NCBI GenBank assembly: GCA_026396415.1
Contig: JAPLWX010000004.1
Span: 1 to 63,176, forward strand
DNA from: Candidatus Micrarchaeota archaeon
GTDB lineage: Archaea > Micrarchaeota > Micrarchaeia > Anstonellales > Anstonellaceae
DNA: 63,176 bases
Direction: 5' to 3'
The position numbers were made by a program, and so were the translations under genes. Positions 26,743-37,100 of the stretch are shown one piece after another (within the stretch, counting starts at the first letter, position 1; each line of letters starts with the position of its first letter). The notes beneath the pieces were generated by a model that worked only from the letters and a program-made list of their open reading frames with translations, did not search any database and was not told the origin of the DNA.

Positions 26743-28848
26743 TCAGCCAAGCACGTTCGCTATGTCACACATGGGCTTTTCGCCGTAATAGGCTTCGTTG
26801 CCCTTCACTATCGCCTGTTTCGTCACCACGGTCGTGAATGCTGGCACGGCGTTCTCCGCTGCATACTGCAGGTCGAACACCGGAACATCGGGGATGCTGT
26901 CAAGGCATGCCGAGGAGGAAAGGCCGGTCGTCACGGAGTAGGCGGTGTTTGTGGAATTTGCCGTGGAATTCACCGGAAGGAACCGCGTGCATGAATTCCC
27001 GTTTATGTAGTACTTCGCCGATGCCTTGTTGAGCGCCTTGGCCTGCATTGCCACCTGGTCTGCGCAGGCGCGCATGCCGGTGATTGCCGAGCTTGAGGCT
27101 CCGCTCTCCTCCACGATTATTGCCACCCTGCCGGATGCCTGGACGGTTCCCATGAAATCGGTGAATGATGCGAACTTCTCAGTGCTCATCACGATTGAAT
27201 AGAAGCCCACCGAGCCAACGAGAAGCAGGAAGGTGAAGCCAAGCAGCGTGAGCACCCAGCCTGAAATCAGCAGCTTGCTTCGGAAAAAGTGCCTGAAGTG
27301 GTAGAAAACCGCGGCGAAGATTATCACAGCGATTGCAAGGATGGAGAGGTCGACTGCAGCCACCACGAGGGGCGGCACGAACTTTGCAAAGCTCTGCCTC
27401 GTCTTGAAGGAGACAGGCATTATGCTGCTTGCAAGGGACATTGCCCCGTCCACCGTGGCGCGCGAGAATGCGTTCCCAAAGCCAAATACCGATTCCTGCG
27501 CGCTTGCCGAGGCATCGGCATATGTTTTTGCCTGGGATGAGAGGTTGTCGAACTTGCCTGCAAGCGCAATGTACTGCGCCGAAGTCATCGGGGGCGTGAG
27601 CTGCGCCTCGAGCTTGTTCTCCTGCCCGGCAAGCGCGTTGTACGAGTCGATGGATGTCTTTGAAAGCCTGTTCACGCGCCACTGCGCGATGAGCACATTG
27701 TCCCCTGCGCTGTCCTCGGAGTTCTCCGCTTTCATATATGCCGACGTGGAATTGTTCAGCATCCCCGCAAGCGCCCTGCCGGATGTCGCGTATGATGAGA
27801 GCGCCGTGTCGAAGCCCGTGAAGTTGCGCTTGGAAAGCTGCATCTCAAGCTCGTCGCCCCTGGCAATGAAATTGTCGGCGACCGAGACAAAATTTGCGTC
27901 GGAAACAAGCGCCTTTGCCTCCACCGCCTGCGCCTTCAGCCCCCCGTATTGCGCCTTTGCCGCGTCGTACTTGGGGGCGAGCACCAATGCCTGCTCCTCC
28001 CCGGCAAGGTAAGCCGTCCTCTCCTGCGTTGAAATCGCGAGCTTGTCTATCGTGGTGCCAAGCAGGACCAGCGGCGCCACCTTTTCCTCAAGCGCGGCGA
28101 CCTTTGCCCTGCCGGATGTGAGGGATGCATAGTCGAAGTGCGCCTCCGGGCAGATGCCCAGGCAATCGCTGCACGAAGTCGTCTCAGGGAAGCGCAGCTT
28201 GCTCTTCATCACCTCGTCGGCGCCGGCTTTCATGGCAACGAAAGCGTCGTCAATCGAGCCAAGCGAGGCTGCGGCTGTCGATGCCGAGAAAGCGGAGTAT
28301 GCTGCCGAGAACTTTGCATACGCATCGTTGAGCTTGTCTATGCTTTTCTTGTAGGCAAGGATGTCCGTGCCAAGAATGTCGATCATGCAGCCGTCCGAGC
28401 CGGTTATGGTGCAGACAAGCTGGGCGGTCTGCATGCAGGTGGAGAGGTCGTTGCATGGCTTGTAGGAAAGGAAGGTGCCGCCGGTGTAGCACGTCTTTTC
28501 CACAGGCCCGTATCTTGACTTGTAGTTCCTGCTTGCATTGAACGCGTCGGCATACCCCTTGAGCGCCGCCATGTCCGAGGCTGACGGGTAATAGGTGTCC
28601 GTGTAGTATTTTGTGAGAATGGAGCTTATCTGCCCCTTGTCCGAGACTATCAGGTCGTTTTGCACCAGGAGGGTTTCCACGCCGTTGACCTTGACAAGCT
28701 TTGCGGTGCCATTCGCCGATGCAAAGCTCGCGATGGCGACCCCCGACGCGTTCTCGCCCGGGTAAAGGTAGGGCGCCATGGAAAACTCGGCGAACGAGTA
28801 TGAGCAGAGCAGCGCCAGAACGGCAAGCATAACGGAAATGAACCTCAT
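26743..28848 (-). CDS. Large secreted/membrane hypothetical protein (Cys-rich, helical)
   Basis: Signal peptide MRFISVML after a GGGGT Shine-Dalgarno; two C-terminal-half TMs. Confidence 0.75.
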   Translation of the reverse strand: MRFISVMLAVLALLCSYSFAEFSMAPYLYPGENASGVAIASFASANGTAKLVKVNGVETLLVQNDLIVSDKGQISSILTKYYTDTYYPSASDMAALKGYADAFNASRNYKSRYGPVEKTCYTGGTFLSYKPCNDLSTCMQTAQLVCTITGSDGCMIDILGTDILAYKKSIDKLNDAYAKFSAAYSAFSASTAAASLGSIDDAFVAMKAGADEVMKSKLRFPETTSCSDCLGICPEAHFDYASLTSGRAKVAALEEKVAPLVLLGTTIDKLAISTQERTAYLAGEEQALVLAPKYDAAKAQYGGLKAQAVEAKALVSDANFVSVADNFIARGDELEMQLSKRNFTGFDTALSSYATSGRALAGMLNNSTSAYMKAENSEDSAGDNVLIAQWRVNRLSKTSIDSYNALAGQENKLEAQLTPPMTSAQYIALAGKFDNLSSQAKTYADASASAQESVFGFGNAFSRATVDGAMSLASSIMPVSFKTRQSFAKFVPPLVVAAVDLSILAIAVIIFAAVFYHFRHFFRSKLLISGWVLTLLGFTFLLLVGSVGFYSIVMSTEKFASFTDFMGTVQASGRVAIIVEESGASSSAITGMRACADQVAMQAKALNKASAKYYINGNSCTRFLPVNSTANSTNTAYSVTTGLSSSACLDSIPDVPVFDLQYAAENAVPAFTTVVTKQAIVKGNEAYYGEKPMCDIANVLG

Positions 28849-29169
28849 CGCAATTACCCCCTTTGCGCGCATTTTGCGGCAGCCCTTTGCGGCTGCCTTG
28901 GTCGCTGTCATGCGCGGCATTCCATTCTGCCCGCCACAGTTTATATATGTTATAGCAACTTGCACGACGCCAAAGGCGGGCCTTGGGCTAATAGGGTTTG
29001 CGCTGCAAGGACAAATTTCCAGAGAAATTTGTCTGCATTTGTAAATTATCAAATTTACAAATATAAGGACAAAGCTTCGCAAAGCTTTGTCCGCATTGTA
29101 AATGACATGCCCGCAGGCATAGAATTTACATTACTATAAAAAAGGGAAAGAAAAAATATCGGGGACTGG

Positions 29170-29820
29170 CTATTGGGACCTTGTGATGCTCACGATCGAC
29201 TCATAGGGAATCAGCACAATGCCGCCCATTTCCATTGAGTTCAGCTTGATTCCGCCCGTGTCCTTGTCCCCTATCTCAAGTATCTTGCCCCCGACCGAGA
29301 TGTTCTTGCCTTTCTCATCCGGTGTGACAATGGTCACGGTCATCCCAACGTAAACCTTCACCATGGCGCTTACCTTGTCATCGGTTTCCCCGCCTTTGAA
29401 AGTGAATACTGCCTTGTCAAACGTGCTCTCCACATTCTTCACTATCCTTGGCTTCACGCTGCCGTCTTCGTAAAACACGACGACTTGGTCCCCCTTCACT
29501 ATTTTTTGATTGACTTGTATGTTTTTCATATCCCTGCCGTGGTTTCCAAGCACTTTTAGCCCGCCTTTCTTCGGAACAATCTTGAGCGTGGAGTCCCGCG
29601 GCAATTCGGTGAGTATTGGAAGCCTGGCGTTCGTGCTCGGCTGGAAACTTATTTCCACGCCAGCAGGAATGGTGATATTGGTTTTTGAATAAGTCTTCTG
29701 CGACACAGCCACTATGATGCCGACTGCAAGGGGCGCCAGCCCAAGCACTTTCCAAGGCCTGGCCCGGTTATTCTTGTTTAATACGATGGACTTGACGGCT
29801 TTATTCATATAATACCCCAT
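29170..29820 (-). CDS. Hypothetical membrane-anchored protein
   Basis: 216-aa ORF with N-terminal TM. Confidence 0.6.
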   Translation of the reverse strand: MGYYMNKAVKSIVLNKNNRARPWKVLGLAPLAVGIIVAVSQKTYSKTNITIPAGVEISFQPSTNARLPILTELPRDSTLKIVPKKGGLKVLGNHGRDMKNIQVNQKIVKGDQVVVFYEDGSVKPRIVKNVESTFDKAVFTFKGGETDDKVSAMVKVYVGMTVTIVTPDEKGKNISVGGKILEIGDKDTGGIKLNSMEMGGIVLIPYESIVSITRSQ

Positions 29821-29954
29821 ACATCATTTCTTATAACATCTATTTTTAAACCTTCTGTTTGGCTTCCGCTAAGGAGAGCGAATGGCGGGCGCAACAACGC
29901 TCGCGCTAGGAAAATAAAATCCTGAAATGCGGCTGTTTTGCAGCCGCACCCAGT

Positions 29955-29996
29955 TAAAAAGAAAAAAGGGGGGACGGGAGCGCAAATGCGCTCCCG
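29955..29996 (-). terminator. Hairpin plus T-tract terminator of the S-layer gene
   Basis: CGGGAGCGCA-tt-TGCGCTCCCG followed by T-runs on the minus strand. Confidence 0.6.
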
Positions 29997-30007
29997 GATT
30001 GATTGGC

Positions 30008-32776
30008 TTACTGCCTCTTCACACCAGCGATGAACTGGTCTGCTGCAGTCATTGTGTCCTGCGCGGTCTGCCCGGCAACCACTATCTTGTTGCCGATTTC
30101 CTTGACCACCACGTTGTCAACGTTGAAGTCAACGTTGGCGTCCTTGAGCGCCTCGGCGGTCACTGTGTTGACCACTGGGCCTCCGACTGTGATGGCCACT
30201 CCGCTCACCGCCTCGCTGTCAAGCATGACCATGCTTGATGTCAGCGTGTAGGGCTGGGACACCTGGACCGATGCTGCGTTGGCAGGGCTGATCACCGCGT
30301 TCACGCCAGTGGAGTCCACTGTGCATGCCGGAGTTCCGCCAATGCCAAGCACTGAGCAGCTTCCAGTTGTTGCGTCGATTGCAGCGACCTTGACGGTCAC
30401 GCCGCCGAACACCTTGCTCTCGCCCACGCCCATCACATACTGGTCAGCTGATGCTGATGCCGAGGATGTGTCTGCGTATGCGAACTGGAAGGTTGGCTCC
30501 GCCACCATCTTCGCCACCATGAGGCTTGCGTCAGATGTTCCCACTGAGAGAACCTTGCTGCCGCGCTCAGTCACGAGGGTTGGCTCGTAGGACGTAATCA
30601 CCCTCATCGGGTAGTCTGCACCGCCGTCAAGTCCCTTGTACCAGACCTGCTGCGTGGATGAGTCCTCTGCCTTGAACCTCACGGACTGGTACGAGGCGTT
30701 CTGGATGAACGGAACGTACGTGTAGACCGCGGTGTTGCTGCTCGTGTCGAGCTTGCCTGCGTCTTCTGCAAGCACGATGTTTCCCTGGGCCGTCCCAAGG
30801 GTAGCCGGCGGGGCTGCTGTCGTGAAGAAGATTCTGCCCTGCGCCGCGCTGTTCGCACCGGCTGTGTCAAACTTTATGTAGCTGGTGTCTGCTGCAGCGT
30901 ACGTAAGCACGTTCCAGTTCCAGCAGTTCCTTCCAGACACCTGGTAGAATACCACTGGGGCGTTCGTTTGGGAGAAGTTCTGGACGAGAGTTGCAACAGA
31001 CTTGTTGGCTAGGGTGCCAATAAATGTGCCAAAAAGCCCAGTGCTTAAGTTGTATGCATTGCTCGGGTCCACTCTTATCTTCTCCAGAAGGTAGCCGTCA
31101 AGCCCGCCGCCTGTGCCTCCGAGGAGCTGCTGGCCGCTCGTCTTTATCTCGATGAGCTTGCCAGTGAAGTACGCGTCCCCGTCGGACGAGTCAGAGCATG
31201 CCTTGTCGCCTGCAGTCGTTGCAATCCTCATTGAGTCGGATGACAGGCCGCTGTATGTCAGGGGCACATAGTCATCGCTCGTGAGGCCAACGCCCTGGTA
31301 GGTCACCTTGAAAGTCGGGGTGCTCTGGAGGAAGTTCACAACGTCCCCGGCCTTTGTCTTGTCTGAGAAGCCGTCGACATTGTAGACCACGATTTCGCGC
31401 AGCGAGTCTGCCTTGGTGGATGATGTGCCACCGCTGTAGTCCTTGTTCTTCCACAGGAGGTCTACCTTGAAGTACTGGTCAACGTCAGTGCCAGACACGA
31501 GGTTGTACCTTGAGCCGCTCTTGAGGGTTATCTCGTCGGTGAACACCGCCATCTCGGCCCACTTTGCATTGAGGGTGAAACCGGGCGCTGTGTTGTAGAC
31601 GTGAATCTTCACCTGGTTGGATGTTCCGCTCTGGGTGAAGGTGTACGTCGTTCCGACTGACACCTGGACTTGGCCGACCACCGCATCATTGGCATCGAGG
31701 ATGTCCAAGATTGCAGGGTGCGTGTTTTCACCACCGGTTGCGACTGAAATGTCCGACAGCCTTACCTTGAAGGTGCCTGCGTCAAGCTCGCCTCCGACAT
31801 TGATGATGCCGTACTTGGCTTCCTTGGCAAGCTTTATCTGTCCGCCTTCAACCACGCTCACGGAACTTGCGTCTGTGGCGGATGGGTCCTTCATTTCGCT
31901 GATGACCCATTCCGAGCCCATGAACTTAATCTTGACGCGGTGCCTGTCGGTCATGTCGTTGCCAGTGCTAGAGCAAGACGTCCAGTCATCAGATGTGTTG
32001 GATGCGAGGCCGCCTGTGCAGACCGGGATGCCGTAGTCATTGCCCGTGAACTTCACGCTGTAGGCCATGGCGCTGTACTTGTTGACGTCTATGCCCCTCA
32101 CGCTCGAAGACGAGTCGTACTGGACTGCGTTCTTGTTTGAGCCTACCCAGAAGCTCTGCTCTTCAGTGTATGAAGAGGATGTCGCCTGGTCGTCGGTCAC
32201 AGCGTAGTCCGCAAACCCGGTGAACTGGCCTGAGCCTATCCTGTAAAGGAGCCTGCCCTTGTCGCCGGTGTCAACAATGCGCAGTGGCGAGGTTGTCACG
32301 CCGCTCGTGTCTGTTGACGCAAATGTCGAGTTGTACATGTCCTCGGACTTGCTGTAGTTGCGGTTTTCAAGCGTCCTGTCGATTGTGTCCGTGATGAGCG
32401 TCTTGAAGGTGTGCGTTCCCGAAACCGTTCCCGGAAGGGTGACTTCGAGGGTTACCTTCTTGCTGCTCTCCACTATCGAGCATGCGCCTGCGCCGCTCAC
32501 GCCGGACCCAACTGTGCAGGTCGGCGTCCCGCTCACTGATGCAGTGAGCGTCGAGCTCTTGTAGGCCTCGTTTGCTATCTTCGCGGCGATGTTGGCTGCT
32601 GCCACACCGTCGGAGATCATAGCCTTTGTGCCGACATAAATCTTCACTGTCGGCTGTCCGCTCTGGTCCACAAGCTGCGTGCTGCCATATGTCACTTCTG
32701 CGGCAACCGCTGCTGCGCCAAAGAGGACAGCTGCGCCGGCAAAGGCCGCTATCTTCTTCACGTTTATTCCTTTCAT
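30008..32776 (-). CDS. S-layer protein
   Basis: MKGINVKKIAA signal; VGTKAMISDGVAAANIAA N-terminal and VGGPVVN...IVVAG...DT C-terminal motifs of Methanococcales/Thermococcales-type S-layer; strong codon bias. Confidence 0.88.
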   Translation of the reverse strand: MKGINVKKIAAFAGAAVLFGAAAVAAEVTYGSTQLVDQSGQPTVKIYVGTKAMISDGVAAANIAAKIANEAYKSSTLTASVSGTPTCTVGSGVSGAGACSIVESSKKVTLEVTLPGTVSGTHTFKTLITDTIDRTLENRNYSKSEDMYNSTFASTDTSGVTTSPLRIVDTGDKGRLLYRIGSGQFTGFADYAVTDDQATSSSYTEEQSFWVGSNKNAVQYDSSSSVRGIDVNKYSAMAYSVKFTGNDYGIPVCTGGLASNTSDDWTSCSSTGNDMTDRHRVKIKFMGSEWVISEMKDPSATDASSVSVVEGGQIKLAKEAKYGIINVGGELDAGTFKVRLSDISVATGGENTHPAILDILDANDAVVGQVQVSVGTTYTFTQSGTSNQVKIHVYNTAPGFTLNAKWAEMAVFTDEITLKSGSRYNLVSGTDVDQYFKVDLLWKNKDYSGGTSSTKADSLREIVVYNVDGFSDKTKAGDVVNFLQSTPTFKVTYQGVGLTSDDYVPLTYSGLSSDSMRIATTAGDKACSDSSDGDAYFTGKLIEIKTSGQQLLGGTGGGLDGYLLEKIRVDPSNAYNLSTGLFGTFIGTLANKSVATLVQNFSQTNAPVVFYQVSGRNCWNWNVLTYAAADTSYIKFDTAGANSAAQGRIFFTTAAPPATLGTAQGNIVLAEDAGKLDTSSNTAVYTYVPFIQNASYQSVRFKAEDSSTQQVWYKGLDGGADYPMRVITSYEPTLVTERGSKVLSVGTSDASLMVAKMVAEPTFQFAYADTSSASASADQYVMGVGESKVFGGVTVKVAAIDATTGSCSVLGIGGTPACTVDSTGVNAVISPANAASVQVSQPYTLTSSMVMLDSEAVSGVAITVGGPVVNTVTAEALKDANVDFNVDNVVVKEIGNKIVVAGQTAQDTMTAADQFIAGVKRQ

Positions 32777-33202
32777 TTTTTCACCTCAAATGTCGTCTTT
32801 CAGGGCATGGTACGATATTTATCGACGACATTGAATTTTTTGCCCTGTACAATTCATTTTTCATACCCTACCCTCATGGCGCGGGTCAGGCGCCCTTCAC
32901 AGGGAGACGGTATTGGTCTCTTTAGCTAGGTTTATAAATTCTTCTCAGTTCCTTAAAAAAGTTTTTATAAAAAAAATGTTAAGCTTCGTCAATACACGTT
33001 TAAATCAACATCTAACTGACGAAGTTTGGTTGTTCAAAAAGGAAGTATACGATATATCTCCCTTTCCTGCAAGTTCAAACGCACTGAAACAACTTTCCAA
33101 TGCAATGGACTGGAAACCAATTGCTAAAGGCTGCAGACAACAGGTATTCTGCAGAATTTATAATAGCTTGCCCGTCAGGCGATGCACGCCTGAATGCGAA
33201 TA

Positions 33203-34150
33203 AGAACATCTATTCAAACGCTTTTTTCAAAAGCGGATCGGTGATTTCGTAATCCTTCGCCTTGTCGATGAATTCGACCGAAGGCGCCCCGCTGCAAGCA
33301 GCGGGGTATCATCGCCATTCGGTCGAAATATTGCCAACTTCGCTCCGCTGCAAGCAGCGGAGTATCGCTCAGTTGGCAATGAACTCGTGGCTGGAAAGCG
33401 TGTTGAGGTAATCGGCGAGCTGGCTGTCAGACACCTTAAACCCGAGCTTGCGCTCAAGCGCGGCTTTTACCTGCGACCACGAGCGCGCGCCGGTGGCAAT
33501 TGCATTCATTATAGCGGCGTATTTCTTTTTTGCCTTTTTTGACGAAAGGAAACGTTCAACTTCACTGCGCGTGAGAAGGACACCTTGGCGCACAGCCTCG
33601 GCCAGCGCTTTTTGGTGCGCCATGCCGCGCCTTTGCCAGCCATAGAGAGTGAGCCAGCCTATTATCCCGCCAAGATTGCCGATTGCATCGGATATTTCTT
33701 CATCGGTTATGCGGGCGCCTGCGCCTTTGGCTCCAAGCCTGAGGAAACTTCGCCCCTCCCTCGGATTAGGCGTGTTGTCCGGACCGTTTCAATCGCGCGC
33801 CCGAAAAGAGGGCTGTCTGCATCGTCCCTGCCAAGGAACCTATGCAAAAGCCCTTGCCTCCGAGCCTGAAACAAGGAGCTTGATGCCCTTCTCGTTGTCG
33901 TAGAGATAGGCGAGGAAGCCGGCAAGCCCGAACTGGGAAAGCGCCTGTGCCTCGCCTATCGCCAAAATGAAGTGCTTGCCCTTCAATTGCGATGTGATTT
34001 CATCCTGGCTTCCAAACTCAAGCCGCGCGCCAAGCTCCACCGCCGAAAGCTTCACCCCGCCAAGCGCGCCTGATGCCCCTATGGAAAGTTTTTTGAAAAA
34101 ATCTGCCTTCCCCTCCACCGCCCTGCAAACATATTCCATCAGGTGCAAGC
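33203..34150 (-). pseudogene. Degraded archaeal ATPase (AAA plus winged helix)
   Basis: Fragments in several frames: ILAIGEAQ (decayed Walker B), LLVSGSE, SWSQVK...LADYLNTL, YEITDPLL. Confidence 0.7.
33273..33380. repeat. Paired REP-like palindromes inserted in the ATPase pseudogene
   Basis: Two nested hairpins with core CCGCTGC-AA-GCAGCGG(G/A)GTATC. Confidence 0.7.
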
Positions 34151-34155
34151 GCAAG

Positions 34156-37100
34156 CTACTTCCTCTCTCCATATTCCTGCGTGAAGGAAACATACTCCTT
34201 CAGGTCCTTGCCTGTGATGGAGGGCCGCCTGGTGCCAACCACATCAAGCACCGAGTCCGTTGTCACATCGGTTGGCTTGCCCTTCAGCTTTTGGCGGACC
34301 AGCTCCATTTTCACTTCCTGGCAGATGGAGGCGATGTCCGCGCCTGAGAAGCCGTCGGTTGCCGCTGCAAGCCTGTCCAGGTTCACGTTCTTGAGGAACT
34401 TGGCAAGCCCGAGCGCAAACACCTGCTTCCTTGCAGGGACGTCGGGCGGGGGTATGTATAATATCTTGTCAAACCTGCCAGGGCGCAGGATTGCCGCGTC
34501 AAGCGCAAATGGCTTGTTCGTGGCGCCCACTATCATCACATTCTTCAGCTCCTTCACTCCGTCCAGTTCCTGGAGGAGCTCGGTGAGTATGCCGCCGCGG
34601 TACTCGTCGCGGCTGGGGGCAAGCGCCTCTATCTCGTCAATGAATACAAGGGCAGGCGCGCTCTCCCGCGCGCGGTTGAAGACCTCCTTCACGTAGGCGG
34701 ATGGCGTCTTGTCGCGGCTTTTCATGAGCTCGGAGCCGGAAATGGTAAGGAAATTGGCATTGAGCTCGTTTGCAGCCGCCTTCACTATCATGGTCTTTCC
34801 GCAGCCAGGCGGGCCATAAAGCAGCAGCCCCTTGCTTGGCTTGACATCCATCTCTTTCATGAGGTCCTCATGCAGGAGCGGGATTTCAATGGACTCGAGA
34901 AGCACGCGGCGAACCTCGGAAAGCCCTGCCACATCCTCCCAGCGCACGCCCTTTTCCTCGGGTTTTTTCTCCACTGCATCGCTCCTCCGCTCGAAGTCCA
35001 TGCGGAAGCGCTCGTAGTTCTCAAGGGAATCGAGCGAGTTTGACGGCTTGACGCGCTTTATTATGTTTGTAAGGTGCGCCATGGAGATTTTGACCACCGT
35101 TTGCGCACTCATTGCCTCGCGCGCAGCGAGCCGCGACGCCTCGGTCACGATGTTTTTTATGTCCGCGCCAGAATAGCGCTCCGTGATTGCGGCAAGCCTG
35201 CCATAGTCTATGTCATCGGAAGAGGGCAGTTTCCTGAGGTTGACCTTGAAAATCGCCGCTCGCGCATCCTTGTCCGGCAGGTGCATGTATATTATCTTGT
35301 CAAACCTGCCCGGGCGCATGAGCGCAGGGTCGAGCTGGTCGGGCAGGTTGGTGGCGCCCACGAATATCACTGGCTTTTTCGAATTGGGGGTAAACCCGTC
35401 CAGCTCCTGCAGGAGCACGCTCATCACGCGCGGGGCAACATCATCGCTTGTGTAGGAATCGCGCTTCTTGCCGATTGAGTCTATTTCATCGAAGAACAGC
35501 AGGAAGGGCGCGCCCTTGCGGGCGATTGAGAATACCTCGGACAGGTTCTTTTCCGAGTTGTGCGCGAAAATCCCGCCAAAGCCGCCTGCGAAATTTTGGC
35601 ACGGCTCGACTGAAATGTCAAAGACGAATTCCTCATCCGCAACGCGCGTTATCCCCTCCACACGGTCCCAATGGAGGTCGTTTGAAACTGCTGAATATGC
35701 GGCATCGTCGCCGGCTTCGGCGGCAAGCGAGGAGAGCATGCCTGCCCCTATTGTGGCGCAGTTGCAATGGTTTGGCGCATGCTGGGAAACAAAGCCCCCC
35801 ATTGCGCCGCTTATCGGTATCTGCCTGCCGCGGTGCCAGTTGCCGCGCGAGGCGCATCTCTCAAGCCGCCCCTGTTTTTCAGCGAATGTGAAGCCTATGC
35901 GGCATGCAAATGCACGCAGTTGCTCGCCTGCCATGCATATCCTGTGCGCGGGCAGCCCGTGCTTTTCAGTCTTGCTATACACGGTGGCGACGATTCCGAA
36001 TCGCAGCAGAAGGTAAAGGAGCTGGTCCGCAAGCTGCCCACTCACCGTGCCGGCCTCAATGGTGCCAAAGCCCTTCTGGTTGGCATAAATACTTCCGTCG
36101 CCGGAGAAATAGCCGCGCAGGAAAGAGGAAAGGTTGCGCTCGGACAGGTTGAATGCGATTGCAGGCGCTTTCTTCTTCACAGCGCCATCATCCAGCCCGA
36201 GGCAGTGGCGCATCAGCACATAAAGCGCACGCGAGCCTATGTAGATGTCGCGGCCATGGCACTCCTTGGCGCTTGCGCTGCCACCGGCATCAGAGCTGCC
36301 ATCGGAGCCCGCGCTGCCATTTGTGCCGGCGCTGTTTTTCTTTTTGTAGATTGTGGCGCTGCCGAAAAGCCTTTGGCAGAGTTGCGACACCTGTGCAACC
36401 TCTTTGTCGGAAGTGCTTATCCTGACGGTGTGCCCTGCGTTGTAGCTTCCCTCGGCAACCCAAAGGCCTAGGAAAAGCGCAAAATCCTCATTTATTGCAA
36501 TTTCCCCGGCAAGCCCGTTCTTCCCGGCAAAAACCTCCACGCCTGCCGCATCAAACTCCACGCCAGCCTCTTCCATAAGGCGGAGGAAGCGGCCCGCGCG
36601 CACGCCTATGTTTTGCCGCAGCACCTGCTTGAGGTACGCAGTGCGCCTGATGCCAAGGATTGCGCATGCTTTCTTTTCTCCCAGCGCAGCCACCGCATTT
36701 TCAAGAAGCAGCCGCGCACCCCTCACCTTCAGCCTGAAATCATTTTCGCGCAGCAGGCGCAGGAACTCCAGCTTTTCCACAGGCAATGAGGGCGCGGGAA
36801 TTCTGGATGGGATTGCGATATGCGAAACGCCTGCGACAAGCTCGGACGTCTTCACGCTTTTCACGGTGTAGCCGTCCAGCGTGAAAAGCGAGTGGTAGCC
36901 TGTGACTCTGATGCGCCTGCCGGTGCGCGTGCGCACCTCGTAAATTGGGGAGGTGCATTTGTGCTTCATGTGCCCGCAGATATCCGCAAACACCGCCTTG
37001 CCATTTGCGTCAAACGAAAGCACTTTCGCGCGCATTTTCCCTTCCACCACCTTTCCGATTTCCTCAAGCCGGATGCGCCCCCCTTCCATGATGGTTATTT

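Noticed and set aside
32913-33203. 96-aa ORF upstream of the S-layer gene
   Set aside because: It overlaps the AT-rich promoter region, starts at TTG and has no recognisable features.
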